A stretch of 62,538 bases of DNA, counting the filler, from Nemertoderma westbladi (Eukaryota; Animalia; Xenacoelomorpha): the NCBI GenBank assembly GCA_032718475.1. It is 3 parts of 3 records of this genome, joined end to end, with 100 filler letters (N's around TTAATTAATTAA, not from the genome) between each part and the next. Parts side by side here need not be neighbours in the genome. Positions count along the whole stretch, not along the records: positions 1 to 28,295 come from JAUCBJ010003468.1; positions 28,396 to 42,873 come from JAUCBJ010000220.1; 1 more part is not named here. One strand, given 5' to 3'. Position 1 is the first letter of the stretch; every line of letters starts with the position of its first letter. The notes under the pieces were generated by a model that did not search any database, was not told the origin of the DNA, and was given only the letters and a program-made list of their open reading frames with translations. Made by a program: the position numbers and the translations under genes. Below, piece after piece: positions 16,203 to 29,138 of the stretch.

Positions 16203-16465
16203 CAGATAGAGGGGGGGGGGGGGGGGGGGGGGACGGGACTGGACGCAATAAAAATTAATCCCTCTCCAGGGGAAGTTGGACGCAAATAACAGCTGATTAT
16301 TCTCAATAATAAAACTGTAACCTGTTCTATTGTGTTTAGTTTATTGTTTTGGTTAAAATAACGTGCCAGCGTAACCTGCTCCTTTCCCTAAATTGAGAAC
16401 TTAACATTGAGGCGGGATATTAATTCGCCAAGGCGGGTTTTGCTTCCAGTTTCCCCCCCTGTCTC
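16203..16465. mobile_element. MITE family A (G-tract TIR), full copy
   Basis: Ends CAGATAG(G)n..ACTGGACGCAA / TTGCTTCCAGTTT(C)nTGTCTC; flanks ATACAGCA / CTACAGCA (7/8 TSD). Partial copies near 12762-12900, 13525-13690, 43970-44222, 50261-50330. Confidence 0.8.
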
Positions 16466-19400
16466 CTACAGCAAGCGAAATAAAACATTGCAGCATTTCT
16501 GACATGTTATTGATTAGATTTTAAGCCAAAATGTTTGCTTGCCGGTGCCTCAAACAAGCAATTACATTTATTAGATGCTTTCCCGTGAGCAATGCCATTG
16601 TGGAGAAACAATGACGTGTCATGTGACTCATACTGACCAACCAATCAATAGCTATAATTTGTGGATATGGAATTTATACCCTGAGAGCAAGTTGGATTAT
16701 TAAACATGCGATTATTACGAAGCAATAATTACGGGACGTAAATATTTATAGCGGCCAACACATTGGTTTACGTATTGTAAATCCGTTTTCTGTTGAGACA
16801 ACACCCAAACACACAATTCTATCTGGGTCTTTATTTTAATTATTCTTGGCAAACAATGCAGTATAACCGGACGTGATGAGTAATACTTGATTATAGAGAT
16901 TACGGAATTGATGACGCCTTATATTAGACCAATGGGTGAAGATGGGCTGATATCTAATCCGATATCAAAACATGGGCAGCGGTCAACATAGGTATTAATT
17001 TAAAATAACAACGGTGGGCCTATTATTACTTTATTCAAACACTTCGGGGAACTTCATAGCACTTTGAGGAACACGTGACATTATGTTGGTTGAGTCATTT
17101 ATAACTACGTGTCCCTCCCTGGCCATAATAAAATAATAATGAGCTCCAATAACATCATGTGTACATGGGTCAGTTACCTTAGCTAATGGAAATTCTGTGA
17201 AAACGAATTCGAATGACACAATTCCACTAGAAAGAGCCGAAGCTTAGTAATTCCATTCAACTACACATTGAAGTCAGTTAGATAAAGTCACCTTGATACA
17301 AATAGACGACTAATTGGGTAGGAATTGAAGAGACTTACTGACCTTGGGGAAAATTAACGAGATGGGAAAACAGGCGGGGAAAGTTACCATTCGAGACGGA
17401 ATATAAGGGGAACCTCCAACTGAGCCCTAATGGATAGCGTAGGTATACCCGCACACCGCGATAGCTAAATATGTGTATTAATTAATTATCGGCGTACAGC
17501 GATGTAGGCGGGAGAAGGGAGTGGCTAGATATAGTGGCACTAACAGAGGGATGCCACACAAACGGGTTATAATGAGACTGAATCTAATCAGCCACGGACG
17601 CAGTTAGTCTCCGAATTACCCACCGGGGAATCTTTCAACGAAATTTCTATGGAATTAGTTTTAGTTAGCAGCCTTGGGGACTCTGGAGTTATAATAATAG
17701 AGAATGACATTTAATGCGATTATTGTTTAGTGGGGCAAGCCACATAACTAGAGAAAGGCCTTGGCATACGGATAATTAGTTACCTAGGATATGTCGCTCT
17801 GATGGATGTTATAATTCGTCCTAATCACAATTTGTTGCTGTTTAATCAGTTGCGAGGGATTATACCTTTGTACGAGTAAACTACACAGATATTCATAAAC
17901 CCTGAGCTTGTTCTGTACAATGCGCTGTGGCCTGGGACAATTCATGTAATCGGACTCTTTATGATAACAACGTCGTACTCTAGCACTCGATTGGAGGTTC
18001 GCCTTTAGTACAATACTCGCTTTAGTAGTCTTATAAAGTGCAGTTTTATAAAGTAGCAGTCTTATAAAGTGCTAGATTATATGACTTACTACATTATATC
18101 TTGAACAGGATCAGAACTAAACGCAACACAGAAATAAAAATATTTTGGGTTGGAACTATATAATATTGTATTGCTGACGAATAGTTACCAAATATACCAA
18201 TTGAAATAGATATCCAATAGCGATGCTGCATAGCGCACTACTATGTGCTTTTAATTAAAAAACAAAATAATGTTTATTTCTAAATGAATCGCCATCAATG
18301 ACAGGTACTACAGGAACGTACATACATACATAGGTAATAAACTTAATAAATGCTCAGCTTTTAGGTTAAGCTTCAATGCATCAAGAGTGAAAAATAATTA
18401 AATAAATTAAATTCGTGGCTGCTTTGTTAAATTTATCTAAATTAAAATTAAATTTAAAATATCTCTCTATTAGACTTTTTTTTTGTCAGGCAGATATTAG
18501 ACGTACATACTATTTACAATGCGACCCAAAACAGCTGTTTAGTATCAGCATATAAATCAACCCATTCAATTGATAAACACAGAGCTGTGTTACTGTAAAC
18601 CTTTAAATATGCATAAATATTCATTTACTCACCCCCGGTAGCCAATAATATCTGAACAAAAAATAGCAACAGCTACGAACCTCGTACAGGTAGATATAGA
18701 TACGGTACGGTAAGCCTTAATATATTCATCTGTTACTACAGTGCATCAAAAATAATTAGTTAATCAAATAAACAAAGAAAATCTCCAAATAAATTAAATA
18801 ACGCAAAATTGGGGGACGTTAAAAATCAGAAAAATATTCTAAAAGAAAATATTGACAAGATGCCGAATATATCCCCAAATTAATAATGTCGTCCTACAAA
18901 GACAAAAAGAGACTAAACATTCCGGATATATTCGTATGCGAAATCTTCCTTCGATACAGATATTGCTATAGGAATCCAATTTACAATACAAAACGAGCTA
19001 AACATAATGTGAGTGAAGTTAGTGTCAAAAAGGAATGAAAAAAATATTAAAAGTGCGAAAATCTAAACTAAACGACATGAGAAGCGAGCGGTAGAGAGCG
19101 ACCCTAGAGTTGTCGGTTTATATGGGGGAAATTCTCATGTAAAACCAATTAAAATTAAATATTATTAAAATTAAATTAAAATATTGAATAATAAACCAGT
19201 TAGCTCCGAGGTAAAGTATCGATAAAACCAATACAAGTTGTTAATATTTTTGTTAGAAAGATCGAACATAAAACTTTTGCGTGCGATATAATACAGCATG
19301 AGGGTCAATAATATCGTAATGTAATCCTAAATTTAATAAGATTATAAAAGCCGAGATTACGATTTGTTTTAGATACGAAGAGCTATAGAAGTGTTACACA

Positions 19401-19853
19401 ATAATACCTCAATGAATAATAACAAGATAAGAGCCGGATTAATATGTAACTTACCAATAATTGTATTTCGAAATGGATGAATGTCAACGGAATGGAGGTA
19501 ATTTGGTCGTTTGTTTTTTATTTTGCCGCAACGAGAAACAACAATATGTTTACAAGTAGGTAGGAGCGTTGGGTTTATTTTATTACCCCCGGGGGTTTTT
19601 ATAACTCAGACAGAACAACCGACAACCGACAACATCCTAATTTATATTAAATTGCAGTTCATATCCAATTAGAGACAATTAAGTTAATTCTTATATTTCA
19701 TTTTGAATGTTCAATTAATTTTTTGCCGAAAGTAAAATTATTGATGTTGTTTTTTTCGATCAGATCACATTAAATAGTTACTTTACTAATAGATTTCTCA
19801 AGCGACTAACATTCAGGCTAAAATAAACTAACTGATATGGAACTGGTCTGGTT

Positions 19854-21257
19854 CTAAAGAACTCCCGTCCCGGTTCGGTGGAACTAAAGAACTCCCGTCC
19901 CGGTTCGGTGGAACTAAAGAACTCCCGTCCCGGTTCGGTGGAACTAAAGAACTCCCGTCCCGGTGGAACTAAAGAACTCCCGTCCCGGTTCGGTGGAACT
20001 AAAGAACTCCCGTCCCGGTGGAACTAAAGAACTCCCGTCCCGGTTCGGTGGAACTAAAGAACTCCCGTCCCGGTTCGGTGGAACTAAAGAACTCCCGTCC
20101 CGGTTCGGTGGAACTAAAGAACTCCCGTCCCGGTTCGGTGGAACTAAAGAACTCCCGTCCCGGTTCGGTGGAACTAAAGAACTCCCGTCCCGGTGGAACT
20201 AAAGAACTCCCGTCCCGGTTCGGTGGAACTAAAGAACTCCCGTCCCGGTGGAACTAAAGAACTCCCGTCCCGGTTCGGTGGAACTAAAGAACTCCCGTCC
20301 CGGTTCGGTGGAACTAAAGAACTCCCATCCCGGTTCGGTGGAACTAAAGAACTCCCGTCCCGGTTCGGTGGAACTAAAGAACTCCCGTCCCGGTTCGGTG
20401 GAACTAAAGAACTCCCGTCCCGGTTCGGTGGAACTAAAGAACTCCCGTCCCGGTTCGGTGGAACTAAAGAACTCCCGTCCCGGTTCGGTGGAACTAAAGA
20501 ACTCCCGTCCCGGTTCGGTGGAACTAAAGAACTCCCGTCCCGGTTCGGTGGAACTAAAGAACTCCCGTCCGGTTCGGTGGAACTAAAGAACTCCCGTCCC
20601 GGTTCGGTGGAACTAAAGAACTCCCGTCCCGGTGGAACTAAAGAACTCCCGTCCCGGTTCGGTGGAACTAAAGAACTCCCGTCCCGGTGGAACTAAAGAA
20701 CTCCCGTCCCGGTTCGGTGGAACTAAAGAACTCCCGTCCCGGTTCGGTGGAACTAAAGAACTCCCGTCCCGGTTCGGTGGAACTAAAGAACTCCCGTCCC
20801 GGTTCGGTGGAACTAAAGAACTCCCGTCCCGGTTCGGTGGAACTAAAGAACTCCCGTCCCGGTTCGGTGGAACTAAAGAACTCCCGTCCCGGTTCGGTGG
20901 AACTAAAGAACTCCCGTCCGGTTCGGTGGAACTAAAGAACTCCCGTCCCGGTTCGGTGGAACTAAAGAACTCCCGTCCCGGTTCGGTGGAACTAAAGAAC
21001 TCCCGTCCGGTTCGGTGGAACTAAAGAACTCCCGTCCCGGTTCGGTGGAACTAAAGAACTCCCGTCCCGGTTCGGTGGAACTAAAGAACTCCCGTCCCGG
21101 TTCGGTGGAACTAAAGAACTCCCGTCCGGTTCGGTGGAACTAAAGAACTCCCGTCCCGGTGGAACTAAAGAACTCCCGTCCGGTTCGGTGGAACTAAAGA
21201 ACTCCCGTCCGGTTCGGTGGAACTAAAGAACTCCCGTCCCGGTTCGGTGGAACTAAA
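19854..21257. repeat. 30-bp minisatellite (GAACTAAAGAACTCCCGTCCCGGTTCGGTG), ~48 units with 25- and 29-bp variants
   Basis: Direct reading; units are nearly identical. Confidence 0.98.
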
Positions 21258-21922
21258 TACCCCATAACACCTTCCTCAGAGCATACTGACAGCGGAATGG
21301 TAATAATAATTAACAAAAGATAAACATAGAACATCTTTGCATCACTAAAACGTACGAATGCCACTTAAAAGTGCCGAAATCGAAACGGTGAAAAATAATG
21401 AGTGTAAAAAAATAGCTATAATCTATAAATCCACCTTAAATAAACCAGTTAGCACTTTTACACAATTATTTCTAACACATAAAATACACACGACATCGAT
21501 TCCGTAGAGTAATGTTAAACCGAACAAAGTGTTGATTCAATAAGTGGCTGTGAGCGGTGTTGTACATCAATGTTACCAACAGGAGTCGCTAAAAAATGTC
21601 AATTTGTGGTACTTAATTGCGTTGGTGGCGAAGATATAGGTATCTCGTAGTTTAGTAAAATCTAAACAATGAGATCTTGTTTGCGTCGTCTGTATATATA
21701 TATATATATTGTGTTTAATGTATATAATATATGACCACACGATATATAAAAACTAAAAATATACCATACGGGGTCAGTCAGGGGGTGTCGGCAGCACACG
21801 GTACGTAATAAAACAAAAATATATAGCACTAGAAAAATTAAGCGATTTCAAACATATAGACTTCCACTCGCCAGATACATATAAAACGAGAAACTTTAAT
21901 TTGTTACCAATGTTTGGGATCC

Positions 21923-22936
21923 CTACTTTCTTAAAATCCCGCCGGTGGGCGAGTGGGAGGGCACCGCCACCAGGAGGGTGTCGGCGCAGCCGTGGGGGAA
22001 CCCCAGATCGGTGGGCACACCGCCCCCGTTCAGCCCCATCCCGCAACCACGGATGCCCCCCGACCCGCTCCCTAGTTTCCCCCCCGACCCGCTCCCTCCC
22101 CTTCCCCCCGAACCGCCCCTTCCCCCCGACCCGCCCCCCCACACCCTCTCGCCCCCCGCCGCCAGCCCCACATCCCCCGTGGTGGACGAGTCGTGACTCG
22201 CTACGCTCTGCCGCCTCGTGGAGCCCCCACTCCGAGCGGCGAGCGGCGGCGTGGGGCTCGGGTTGAGTCCGAAGTATCCGAGAGAATCGAGTTTCTCCTC
22301 GAGATCTCGTAGCACCAAAAGCTCATCGTTATCAATAAGGCTAAAAGAACGATTAATGGCGACCAGATGGATAAACAACATATTTAAATGTTCGTGAAGT
22401 CCGACATTAAGGATTGTTCGACTGTGAGCGCAGTACATGTGGGACAGAACCTGGAAAGTCGCGCGGAATACTTTTTTAACGTAAACCTCGAAATTAGGAG
22501 GGAATTTATTGCCGTATTTGGTAGGGAACAGGGATTCGTCGGAGATGAGGGCCTGGCAGCCGCTCAACGCCGTGTCTATGTAGTGCGGGGCCGCGACCGA
22601 AGTCGGTTTGTTTTTATTTCGGTCCAGGGGCAGCAGGTAAACGGTGCCGCAAGGAGCCGACATGTTGGGGCAGATCGACGGCGTGCAGACCACCGAGATC
22701 GCCCCGAACAGATCGTTTGTATGTTTGAAAAGCGCTACGGCGGAGGATGCGAGCCACTCATTGGGACTGATCCCCGAGGGAAGGGCTAATATTGATTCCA
22801 TGTTGATCTCGACGGCCATTCGATTGAGGAACGGCGGCTCCAAATACAGTCGCTCCTCCTTCACACACAGGTTGTTGTCGGTGGCGCCAGACTTATCAAC
22901 TCGTCTTTCCGTCGCCTTGTTAAACAACCATTCCAT
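21923..22936 (-). CDS. MOB2: MOB kinase activator 2-like, single exon, with Gly-rich C-terminal extension
   Basis: MEWL start, YLEP, LP...NEWLAS, C..C and H..H zinc ligands, FPTKYG.FP, LH.HLN.L.H match MOB2 as recalled. Confidence 0.9.
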   Translation of the reverse strand: MEWLFNKATERRVDKSGATDNNLCVKEERLYLEPPFLNRMAVEINMESILALPSGISPNEWLASSAVALFKHTNDLFGAISVVCTPSICPNMSAPCGTVYLLPLDRNKNKPTSVAAPHYIDTALSGCQALISDESLFPTKYGNKFPPNFEVYVKKVFRATFQVLSHMYCAHSRTILNVGLHEHLNMLFIHLVAINRSFSLIDNDELLVLRDLEEKLDSLGYFGLNPSPTPPLAARSGGSTRRQSVASHDSSTTGDVGLAAGGERVWGGGSGGRGGSGGRGGSGSGGKLGSGSGGIRGCGMGLNGGGVPTDLGFPHGCADTLLVAVPSHSPTGGILRK

Positions 22937-22941
22937 AACGA

Positions 22942-22975
22942 TGACGTCACGATCCTAGTTGGCTCAATGACGTCA
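22942..22975. promoter_or_regulatory. Two perfect CRE palindromes (TGACGTCA) just upstream of the MOB2 ATG
   Basis: TGACGTCA at 22942-22949 and 22968-22975; function not shown. Confidence 0.45.
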
Positions 22976-23709
22976 CCACAGAGGCCTAGTTGCAACGTTG
23001 GGCCAACCATCGGGTTAATTGTCAATGTAAACGGTGCAATTTTCTTTCACAATGGAATTCATATATGATGATTTATATACTGGCACTGGGGGAAGTAAAG
23101 TCTAACAACACAATGAGTTACTTCATGAAAAATATAGACAAATTTAAAAAATGTTACAGGATACAGTAGGACTAGCAGACTAGTACAGGACAGCAGGAGG
23201 CCTACACATCAGTATACATAAATAAACAGCTGCATTTATCCCTGAGCGATCTGTAAGTCTGTCTATAAACCTACGTTTAGGGGTAGGCCTATTACTGTAT
23301 TATGGGGTTTTCCGTTTTAGGGCCCTCCTGCGCTCTCACCTCTATGTTGTGGCTTGTGGGGTATTCGGTTTGTTTTTTTGGTTAGGGTTAATTGGCCATT
23401 AACGCCCCCTCTGTCCTAGATGGCAATAGCAAATGTCAGAAATTACAATAAATTTCATAGATTACCGGTAGACTTTTCAGTGGTTATTCAATTCTAAGAT
23501 TATGACTTCAGGTTAAGGATACCAGATACATGAGTACCGTACATGACAATTTAATTAGGTTGAGGTCGTGTTTAGGTGGCGAATGTTAGCATCCATAAAA
23601 TCCTTTCTTGGCATACCGAACGCAGATAAGGACATAATGTAGACATAAGTAAGAAGACATAATGTAACAAAATTAGTTCCCGCTACGGCGCTACCAGGCT
23701 ACCAGTACA

Positions 23710-24176
23710 GGGTCCTACGAATTACCCCAAAATACCCCAAAACACCCCAAAATACCCCAATATACTCCAAAATACCCCAAAATAGTCAAAAATTACCCCA
23801 AAATACACCAAAAAGGCTAAAAAATTACCCCAAACAGCCAAAATACCCCAAAATAAGCTAACAATGTTTTTTAACAGCGAGGGAAAGGAGCAGGTTACAG
23901 TGGCAAGTTTTTTGAACCAAAACAATAAACGAGAGTGAAGAAAAATTTTTTAATTATTTTGGGGTAATTCGTCATTATTTTGGGGTAATTCGTCATTTTG
24001 CCATATTTTGGGGTAAATTAAATTTCCAAAACAAAGGCTCAAAAAAAAGTATTTTGGGGTAATTCTAAACTATTTTGGGGTAGGCCTAATTATAAACTAT
24101 TTTGGGGTAGTTTTATATATACTATTTTGGGGTCTTTTGGGTATTTTGGGGTGTTTTGGGGTAATTCGTAGGACCG
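23710..24176. mobile_element. MITE family B with long TIRs built from 10-bp ACCCCAAAAT units
   Basis: GGTCCTACGAATTACCCCAAAA ... TTTTGGGGTAATTCGTAGGACC; perfect 8-bp TSD CCAGTACA at 23702-23709 and 24177-24184. Confidence 0.88.
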
Positions 24177-26775
24177 CCAGTACATCATTTCTTGCAAAGG
24201 TCACTTTTCAGCTTTTCAGTCACCCCCCCCCCCCCCCCCCCCCCTCCTATCTGCTATCAGGACACAGTTTTTATTACATTATTCAAAGACCCTTCGTGCC
24301 CTTAACAGCTTAACTCTGATTAATGTAAATACGTACTACACACAATCAGACAATTCCTTGTTTAAATACACTCGGGTAACAGCGGCACAGCTCTGCAATT
24401 GCACACAATGATGTTAATAGTTAAAAACCGTTAGGTCTGTAGGTAGGCCTATATCACTCAGTTGGGTGCTGGGGTGAGTGGTGAATGATAGCTACTGTAA
24501 TCTGTAAAGCTGTAAAGGTTGCATTAATGGCAACAGGTTTTCATTTCACGGCTAATTTGCTAGCTTTTAGATTATCCATAATGTTCTACCTACAACTGGC
24601 AGCATAAAACATACAGACATACCCCTACGACCGGTCTGCCGGCTGGCCGGTGTAACAGATAATATTCACTTTCACTCCCCATGTAAAATCACTCCCCGGC
24701 TAAAATTCCCTTTTGTATTATTATTCTCACTCCCGGGGTTTATTTTCCCTAGTGTATTTTAATTTAACCTACTCAAATGAAAACTCATCCCTGCATTTAT
24801 CAATTTTCACTCTTCAGCTCTGCAGCTCTGTGCAAATCCACCCCGGTTAAATTTCCCTTGTGTATTCTATTCTCACTCCCGGCTGCCCGGTGTTTTTTTG
24901 TATCTTCTAGTACCGGTAGTACCGGTACTTTAGAGTACCGTGACAACACTAGCAGTACTGTACTGTATTTGATAATAGGAGGCCTACTGTACCGCATCCT
25001 GGTATCGGTAACTGCTGAACTGAACTGCTGAATGTGAATCAGGGAATTGAACGGGCCTCCTACTGTCCTAAACTGATATACGGCAGTACGGCGGTCTGTA
25101 GTGGTACCACCCTGCCACCGCAGCACCGGTAGACGTGGGCCTAACGCTGAACGCGTGCCCCACATTCACATTTACTACACTACAATGCAGCAATGACAAT
25201 CTGACAATTCAATGCACAACAGTAAGGCAGTAAGGGCGGAAGGAAGTCAGAATAGATTCTACAGTCTGCAATTTGATACTGCTGTACTGTGATAGTACCG
25301 GTGCGGATACATACATGGAATGAAATAAATAATAATGCTGGTGGCTGGCAGTTTCATTTCTCTTCCCACTTCCATTCTCCCATCAGGCCACGTAATGCGG
25401 CCTCGCTATTGGCTAATTCCAGCTGAGGTGGCCATTCACCCCTACAATATGCCAGTAGCAGTGTAACCAATATTATTCATTGGAAAGCATAGGCAATTCT
25501 GCGTAAAACTTTTTGGGAGGCCTCACGCTAGGCCTACTCTTTCGATACATAGTACTTTTTCAGGTTTTCTTTCAAACTACAGAGCAACAGTTTTCATAAT
25601 TTGCAGTCCACCTCACTTTTTCAAATGTCAGCGAAATGCTACGAAATTTGTGTATGTTTAGTTTAACACACTGTTTATTATTGCTGGCATGGCCATAATT
25701 CTTTTATTTTCGATTAATTTTGCCACAACAAGCCGTTTACAATTTTGTATATTTTCTCGTATATTGTCTAATTTTCTGCAGTTTGACCCCAAATTCCGAC
25801 ATCATTCTGACAATAACCGCTATTCAATTGAATGAAATTGAATTGAACTCTCTCTGATTATAATTAATTAAAAATTCACAAATTACTGTAGTTGCACTAA
25901 ATCATTCGAAAAATTAAATGCAGTAGTTAACGCAATCCCTAGGCTATACAGTAATGAATACACTATCAGTGTATATATATTAACAGTGAAACAAAAACCA
26001 TATAAAAATATCAGCAATCAGCATCACAATGTATTTCTGTATTATACAAATATACACCCATCATGTTTTCACTTTTCGGTCGACATTTTATTGGAATTTT
26101 ATATATGAAGAATTTGTATACTTTTTATCCTTAGTAAATTATTTATATCTTATAACCTGTACATAAACTAATTCGTTTATTGTTTTGGTTAGATTCAGCC
26201 CTTCTGTAAGTGAAAACCTGGTATTCTTCACATGGGGGTAAACTGCAAAGTGAAATATAACAGCAGAACGTCCGGTATACTTCACATGGGCGAAAATATT
26301 TTACAAGGATCAATTGAAAAAAATGTTATTACTGTAATACTACTGTAAAAAAAATAAAAAAAAGTTTAGAAATCAACTACTGTACATATATCGATCTAAT
26401 TCTATTTTTCAATTGTGCTGTAATAAACAAGCAAACTAATAACTTTATTACTACGAGCAATAATTATAAAATAATTATATGTAATTTATTACAAAATAAC
26501 TACTGTACTGCACATATGTAACTAAAGGCATTGTATACATAAGTACCTATATAACACTTTTACCAAGACCTACAGTACTTTTACTACGACAGTATAAACT
26601 ATTTTATATTATAATTAAAACTAAAACTAACACAGAGTTTATTGTAACCAACGTTTGAACGCATACATTACATTGATTAGCATTAGACTATCAGGAAAAT
26701 AAAATAAATATCGCGGAACATTTTTGCTAAAATGTACAGAATTTGTGTTCAACAATAGGATATTTCATAAATACA

Positions 26776-27270
26776 GTAGCAGCGGTCTAGTGGTGACATT
26801 CCTGGGCTTCCAATTAGGGAGCCCTGGTTCGATCCCTAGATGGGGCAACACTATTTCGGCACAGTGCTTTAAATGCTGCTGCCTAGCCCAACCCCGGCTT
26901 TCATCCTTCAGTGGACGATAAATGGGAACCAAGGCAACTTGGGAAACAGAGTGGAAGGGTTTACTGTGGAAGATCACCCATGGTGGGGAACAGGCATTCG
27001 TTTAGGAAACAGAGTGGAAGGGTTTAATGTGGAAGATCACCCATGGTGGTGAACAGGCATTCCTTTATGAAATAGAGTGGTAGGGTTTACTGTGGAAGAT
27101 CACGCATGGTGGTGAACAGGCATCCTTTAGGAAACGGAGTGGAAGGGTTTACTGTGGAAGATCATCCATGGTGGTGGACAGGCATTCCTTTAGGAAACAG
27201 AGTGGAAGGGTTTACTGTGGAAATCACCCATGGTGGTGAACAGGCATTCCTTGGCTTAACGAGCCTAAAA
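26776..27270 (+). mobile_element. tRNA-derived SINE with five 63-bp tandem tail units
   Basis: A box GGTCTAGTGG, B box GGTTCGATCCC, central CTTTCATCCTTC..GATAAATG domain; second copy at 46686-47270. Confidence 0.85.
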
Positions 27271-27911
27271 GATTCTCCCCTTCAATAGGGTATTTCACAT
27301 TACAAAACAAATGAACATTACGAACCGAAATGGTGTGAAACGGAGGGGCAATTATTGTACATGAATAGTTGAGATGTACAGTAGAAGCAGTAGGGGGGAG
27401 GTTGTGCTGTGAGTAGCCGAAGCAAGCAGGTGTGTGTGTAGGCCTACAAACACGGTACTGAAACAATGTTCGAAAGTGTCAATCACCCATACAATTTATT
27501 GATCAGATGATATTGTAGGCCCAAGGTGTATGTACTGTATGTACGGTACTGAAACACTGTATCTATCCCTTGACCCATTAGCAAAATGAGCAACGGCTTT
27601 GTGCTTTCTGCATTGTGACAGATGTAGCCAGACGCCTCAGTAATATACGTAACGTATGGCGTAGTAGTTGGCGTAGTCATTGCGCAAAGAGCATTGATGG
27701 AACTAATTAAATGGTGGCTGCTAATGTTATTACACATCGCGTCGCGGAATGTTGTTGCGGGATAGGGGGGGGGGGGGGGGGTGTGGGACGCAATAATTAT
27801 TAATAAAATTAGTTAATTCGCACAAAAAACTGTTACAAGTAAGCCTCAATATGTACTGCATTTTAGAAACATTAAAAAAAACGAAATATAAAAAAACAAT
27901 ATATCCTGTAG

Positions 27912-28156
27912 CAGATATGGGGGGGGGGGGGGACTGGGCGCAATAAAATTAATCCCTCTCCAGGGGAAATTGTTCGCAAATAACAAATAATTACTCTCAA
28001 AAATAAAACTGTAACCTGTTCTTCTGTTTAGTTTATTGTTTTGGTTAAAATAACGTGCCCCTGTAACATGCTCCTTTCCCTAAATGGAGAATTTAACGTT
28101 GAGGTGGGATATTAATTTGCCAAGGCGGGTTTTGCGTCCAGTTTCCCCCCTGTCTC
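27912..28156. mobile_element. MITE family A, full copy
   Basis: Collinear with 16203-16465; perfect 8-bp TSD TCCTGTAG at 27904-27911 and 28157-28164. Confidence 0.85.
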
Positions 28157-28295
28157 TCCTGTAGATAATGAAAATTATACTACAGTATACTTTACAATAC
28201 AGTATGTGCTCAGGTATAAATATTTTAATACGAATGTAGGCTACTGTATAACTTAATCAGCATGACCTTGGAACATTATTATGTAATGTTCACTA

Positions 28296-28395
28296 NNNNN
28301 NNNNNNNNNNNNNNNNNNNNNNNNNNNNNNNNNNNNNNNTTAATTAATTAANNNNNNNNNNNNNNNNNNNNNNNNNNNNNNNNNNNNNNNNNNNN
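28296..28395. other. Assembly spacer N44-TTAATTAATTAA-N44
   Basis: Exactly 100 bp with a six-frame stop linker; identical at 42874-42973. Confidence 0.98.
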
Positions 28396-28429
28396 AACTG
28401 CCAAAGGTCTGAAAGCGCGAACATAACTA

Positions 28430-28680
28430 CTTCTACTGGGATCGGCATGCTGCATTGCAACTGCATTTTTAAGAATGCTGGCACAGCATTCTTGCTTGTC
28501 GACAAAATTGCGCCGCCACAACTCCTTATCACACATAAAATTAGCTAGATCATCCGCATCTTCAAGGCCAGTGTCCTATAAGATGGGTCTCAAGAATGTC
28601 ATGGACTGTCCGTCCACCATGCATATTCACTCCATGAGGCTGCCAAAGCACAAGATTATGCACTGGCTGTTCTTTACGAT
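28430..28680 (-). mobile_element. RTE-like LINE 3' end fragment
   Basis: Reverse complement matches about 55190-55415. Confidence 0.85.
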
Positions 28681-28868
28681 GATAGCAATGTTGAAAATAA
28701 CACAACTAACACGAGTGGGTCCTTTCTGCAGCAAAAGCTGCCACCATCTTAGCCAATTATAACAATTATAATTATACTACAGCTAGTTATATATTGGCTT
28801 TCGACAATTACGGCTTGCAACACACACAAATACACCTATACATACACACCCCACCAGAAAGACCACAA

Positions 28869-29138
28869 TTTTGACAGTTAACTTTGAAAGTTAACTTTCG
28901 CCGTGAGGACCAGCCAGTGCATAATCTTGTACTTTGGCAGCCTCATGGAGTGAATAAGCATGGTTGACAGCCCATGACTTTCCTGAGACGCATCTTAAAG
29001 GACACTGGCCTTGAAGATGCGGATGATCTAGCAAATGTCATGGGTGATAGGGATTTTTGGCGGCGTAATTTTGTTTACAAGCCGGCACAGCATTCTTAAA
29101 AATGCAGCTGCAATGCAGCATGCCGATCCTAGTAGTAA
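28869..29138 (+). mobile_element. RTE-like LINE 3' end, internally deleted
   Basis: Sequence matching ~54720-54742 is joined to sequence matching ~55177-55415; ends CCTAGTAGTA. Confidence 0.85.

Noticed and set aside
19854-21257. 30-31-bp arrays (also 741, 3950, 39928) as CRISPR arrays
   Set aside because: Head-to-tail units with no unique spacers, no cas genes, eukaryotic context.
26776-26850. tRNA-Gly(TCC)-like gene
   Set aside because: Stems are imperfect and it continues into a SINE body that has a second copy; treated as a SINE head.
28340-28351. TTAATTAATTAA palindrome between N runs (also 42918-42929)
   Set aside because: Artificial scaffold linker; adjacency across these gaps is not proven.
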